33,425 nt of DNA from an uncultured Coriobacteriaceae bacterium (GTDB lineage Bacteria; Actinomycetota; Coriobacteriia; Coriobacteriales; Eggerthellaceae), in contig CAMORQ010000001.1 of assembly GCA_946623915.1 (NCBI GenBank), positions 1-33,425 on the forward strand, in the 5' to 3' direction. The notes beneath the pieces are model-generated. The model made no database searches. It saw only the letters and a program-made list of their open reading frames with translations, and was not told where the DNA came from. The position numbers and the translations under genes were made by a program. Below, piece after piece: positions 33,252 through 33,425 of this stretch; position 1 is the stretch's first letter, and each line of letters starts with the position of its first letter.

Positions 33252-33425
33252 ATGTCGGACGTAATGGTGTCTGCGCGCATGAGCGCCGCCAAGAAAGAAG
33301 CGGGCAATCGCGTGCTTGAAGGTTTGGGGTGCAACGCATCCCAGGTAGTCAACGAACTCTACGACTACCTGATTAAGGAAAAGAAGCTTCCGTGGGCGCA
33401 AGAGCAGTCAAGGTCGGACGCTTCG
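33252..33425 (+). CDS. RelB/DinJ-family antitoxin-like protein; the 3' end lies outside the window
   Basis: This ORF is not in the track because it has no stop within the window. My own translation is MSDVMVSARMSAAKKEAGNRVLEGLGCNASQVVNELYDYLIKEKKLPW... It matches the ribbon-helix-helix pattern of DinJ/RelB (V.AR....K..A..VL..LG...S......L.....K.LPF). GGAGAAAGG lies upstream. Confidence 0.55.
   Translation, partial: MSDVMVSARMSAAKKEAGNRVLEGLGCNASQVVNELYDYLIKEKKLPWAQEQSRSDAS

Noticed and set aside
1-33425. CRISPR arrays, IS elements or transposases, integrases, rRNA genes, defence-system genes
   Set aside because: I saw no regularly spaced repeat-spacer array, no transposase- or integrase-like translation in any called or track ORF, and no rRNA-like segments. 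The only mobility hint is the AT-rich junction plus antitoxin-like gene at the right edge.

Overview
High-GC, gene-dense bacterial chromosome segment, possibly from an anaerobic Coriobacteriia-type actinobacterium (the taxon is a guess). The window is organised around selenium- and corrinoid-dependent amine metabolism. (i) 2..3927: the 3' end of a Grd component-B locus, with a GrdI-like subunit fragment, a Sec-containing selenoprotein B and a BCCT transporter. (ii) 4186..7081: a small accessory block with a Cys-rich small protein, two tandem DUF3841-like paralogs and a LysR regulator. (iii) 7151..10624: the selenocysteine-insertion genes selA and selB. (iv) 11047..14136: a divergent PocR-domain/AraC regulator and a second BCCT transporter. 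(v) 14546..24317: a ~9.8 kb co-directional cluster. It encodes a corrinoid protein, two different non-pyrrolysine MttB-family methyltransferases, a hydantoinase/oxoprolinase-family protein and a pterin-binding methyltransferase. These are followed by grdX, a pyruvoyl-type grdE-like gene and a second Sec-containing selenoprotein B. (vi) 24512..24608: a tRNA-Sec (selC) that the ORF track cannot show. (vii) 24625..33425: unrelated genes, namely an SDF-like transporter, ADP-ribosylglycohydrolase, a YigZ/IMPACT protein, a DUF3810 protein, an MBL-fold hydrolase, a 2-hydroxyacid dehydrogenase and a partial RelB/DinJ-like antitoxin. Both selenoprotein B genes appear as two ORFs in the track because of an in-frame TGA, and each TGA is followed by the same SECIS-like hairpin. 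Most long ORFs antisense to the called genes are GC-driven shadow ORFs. The most interesting hypothesis is that quaternary-amine demethylation (MttB, corrinoid protein, THF methyltransferase) is coupled in one operon to a selenoprotein reductase. No CRISPR array, rRNA, transposase or integrase was seen.
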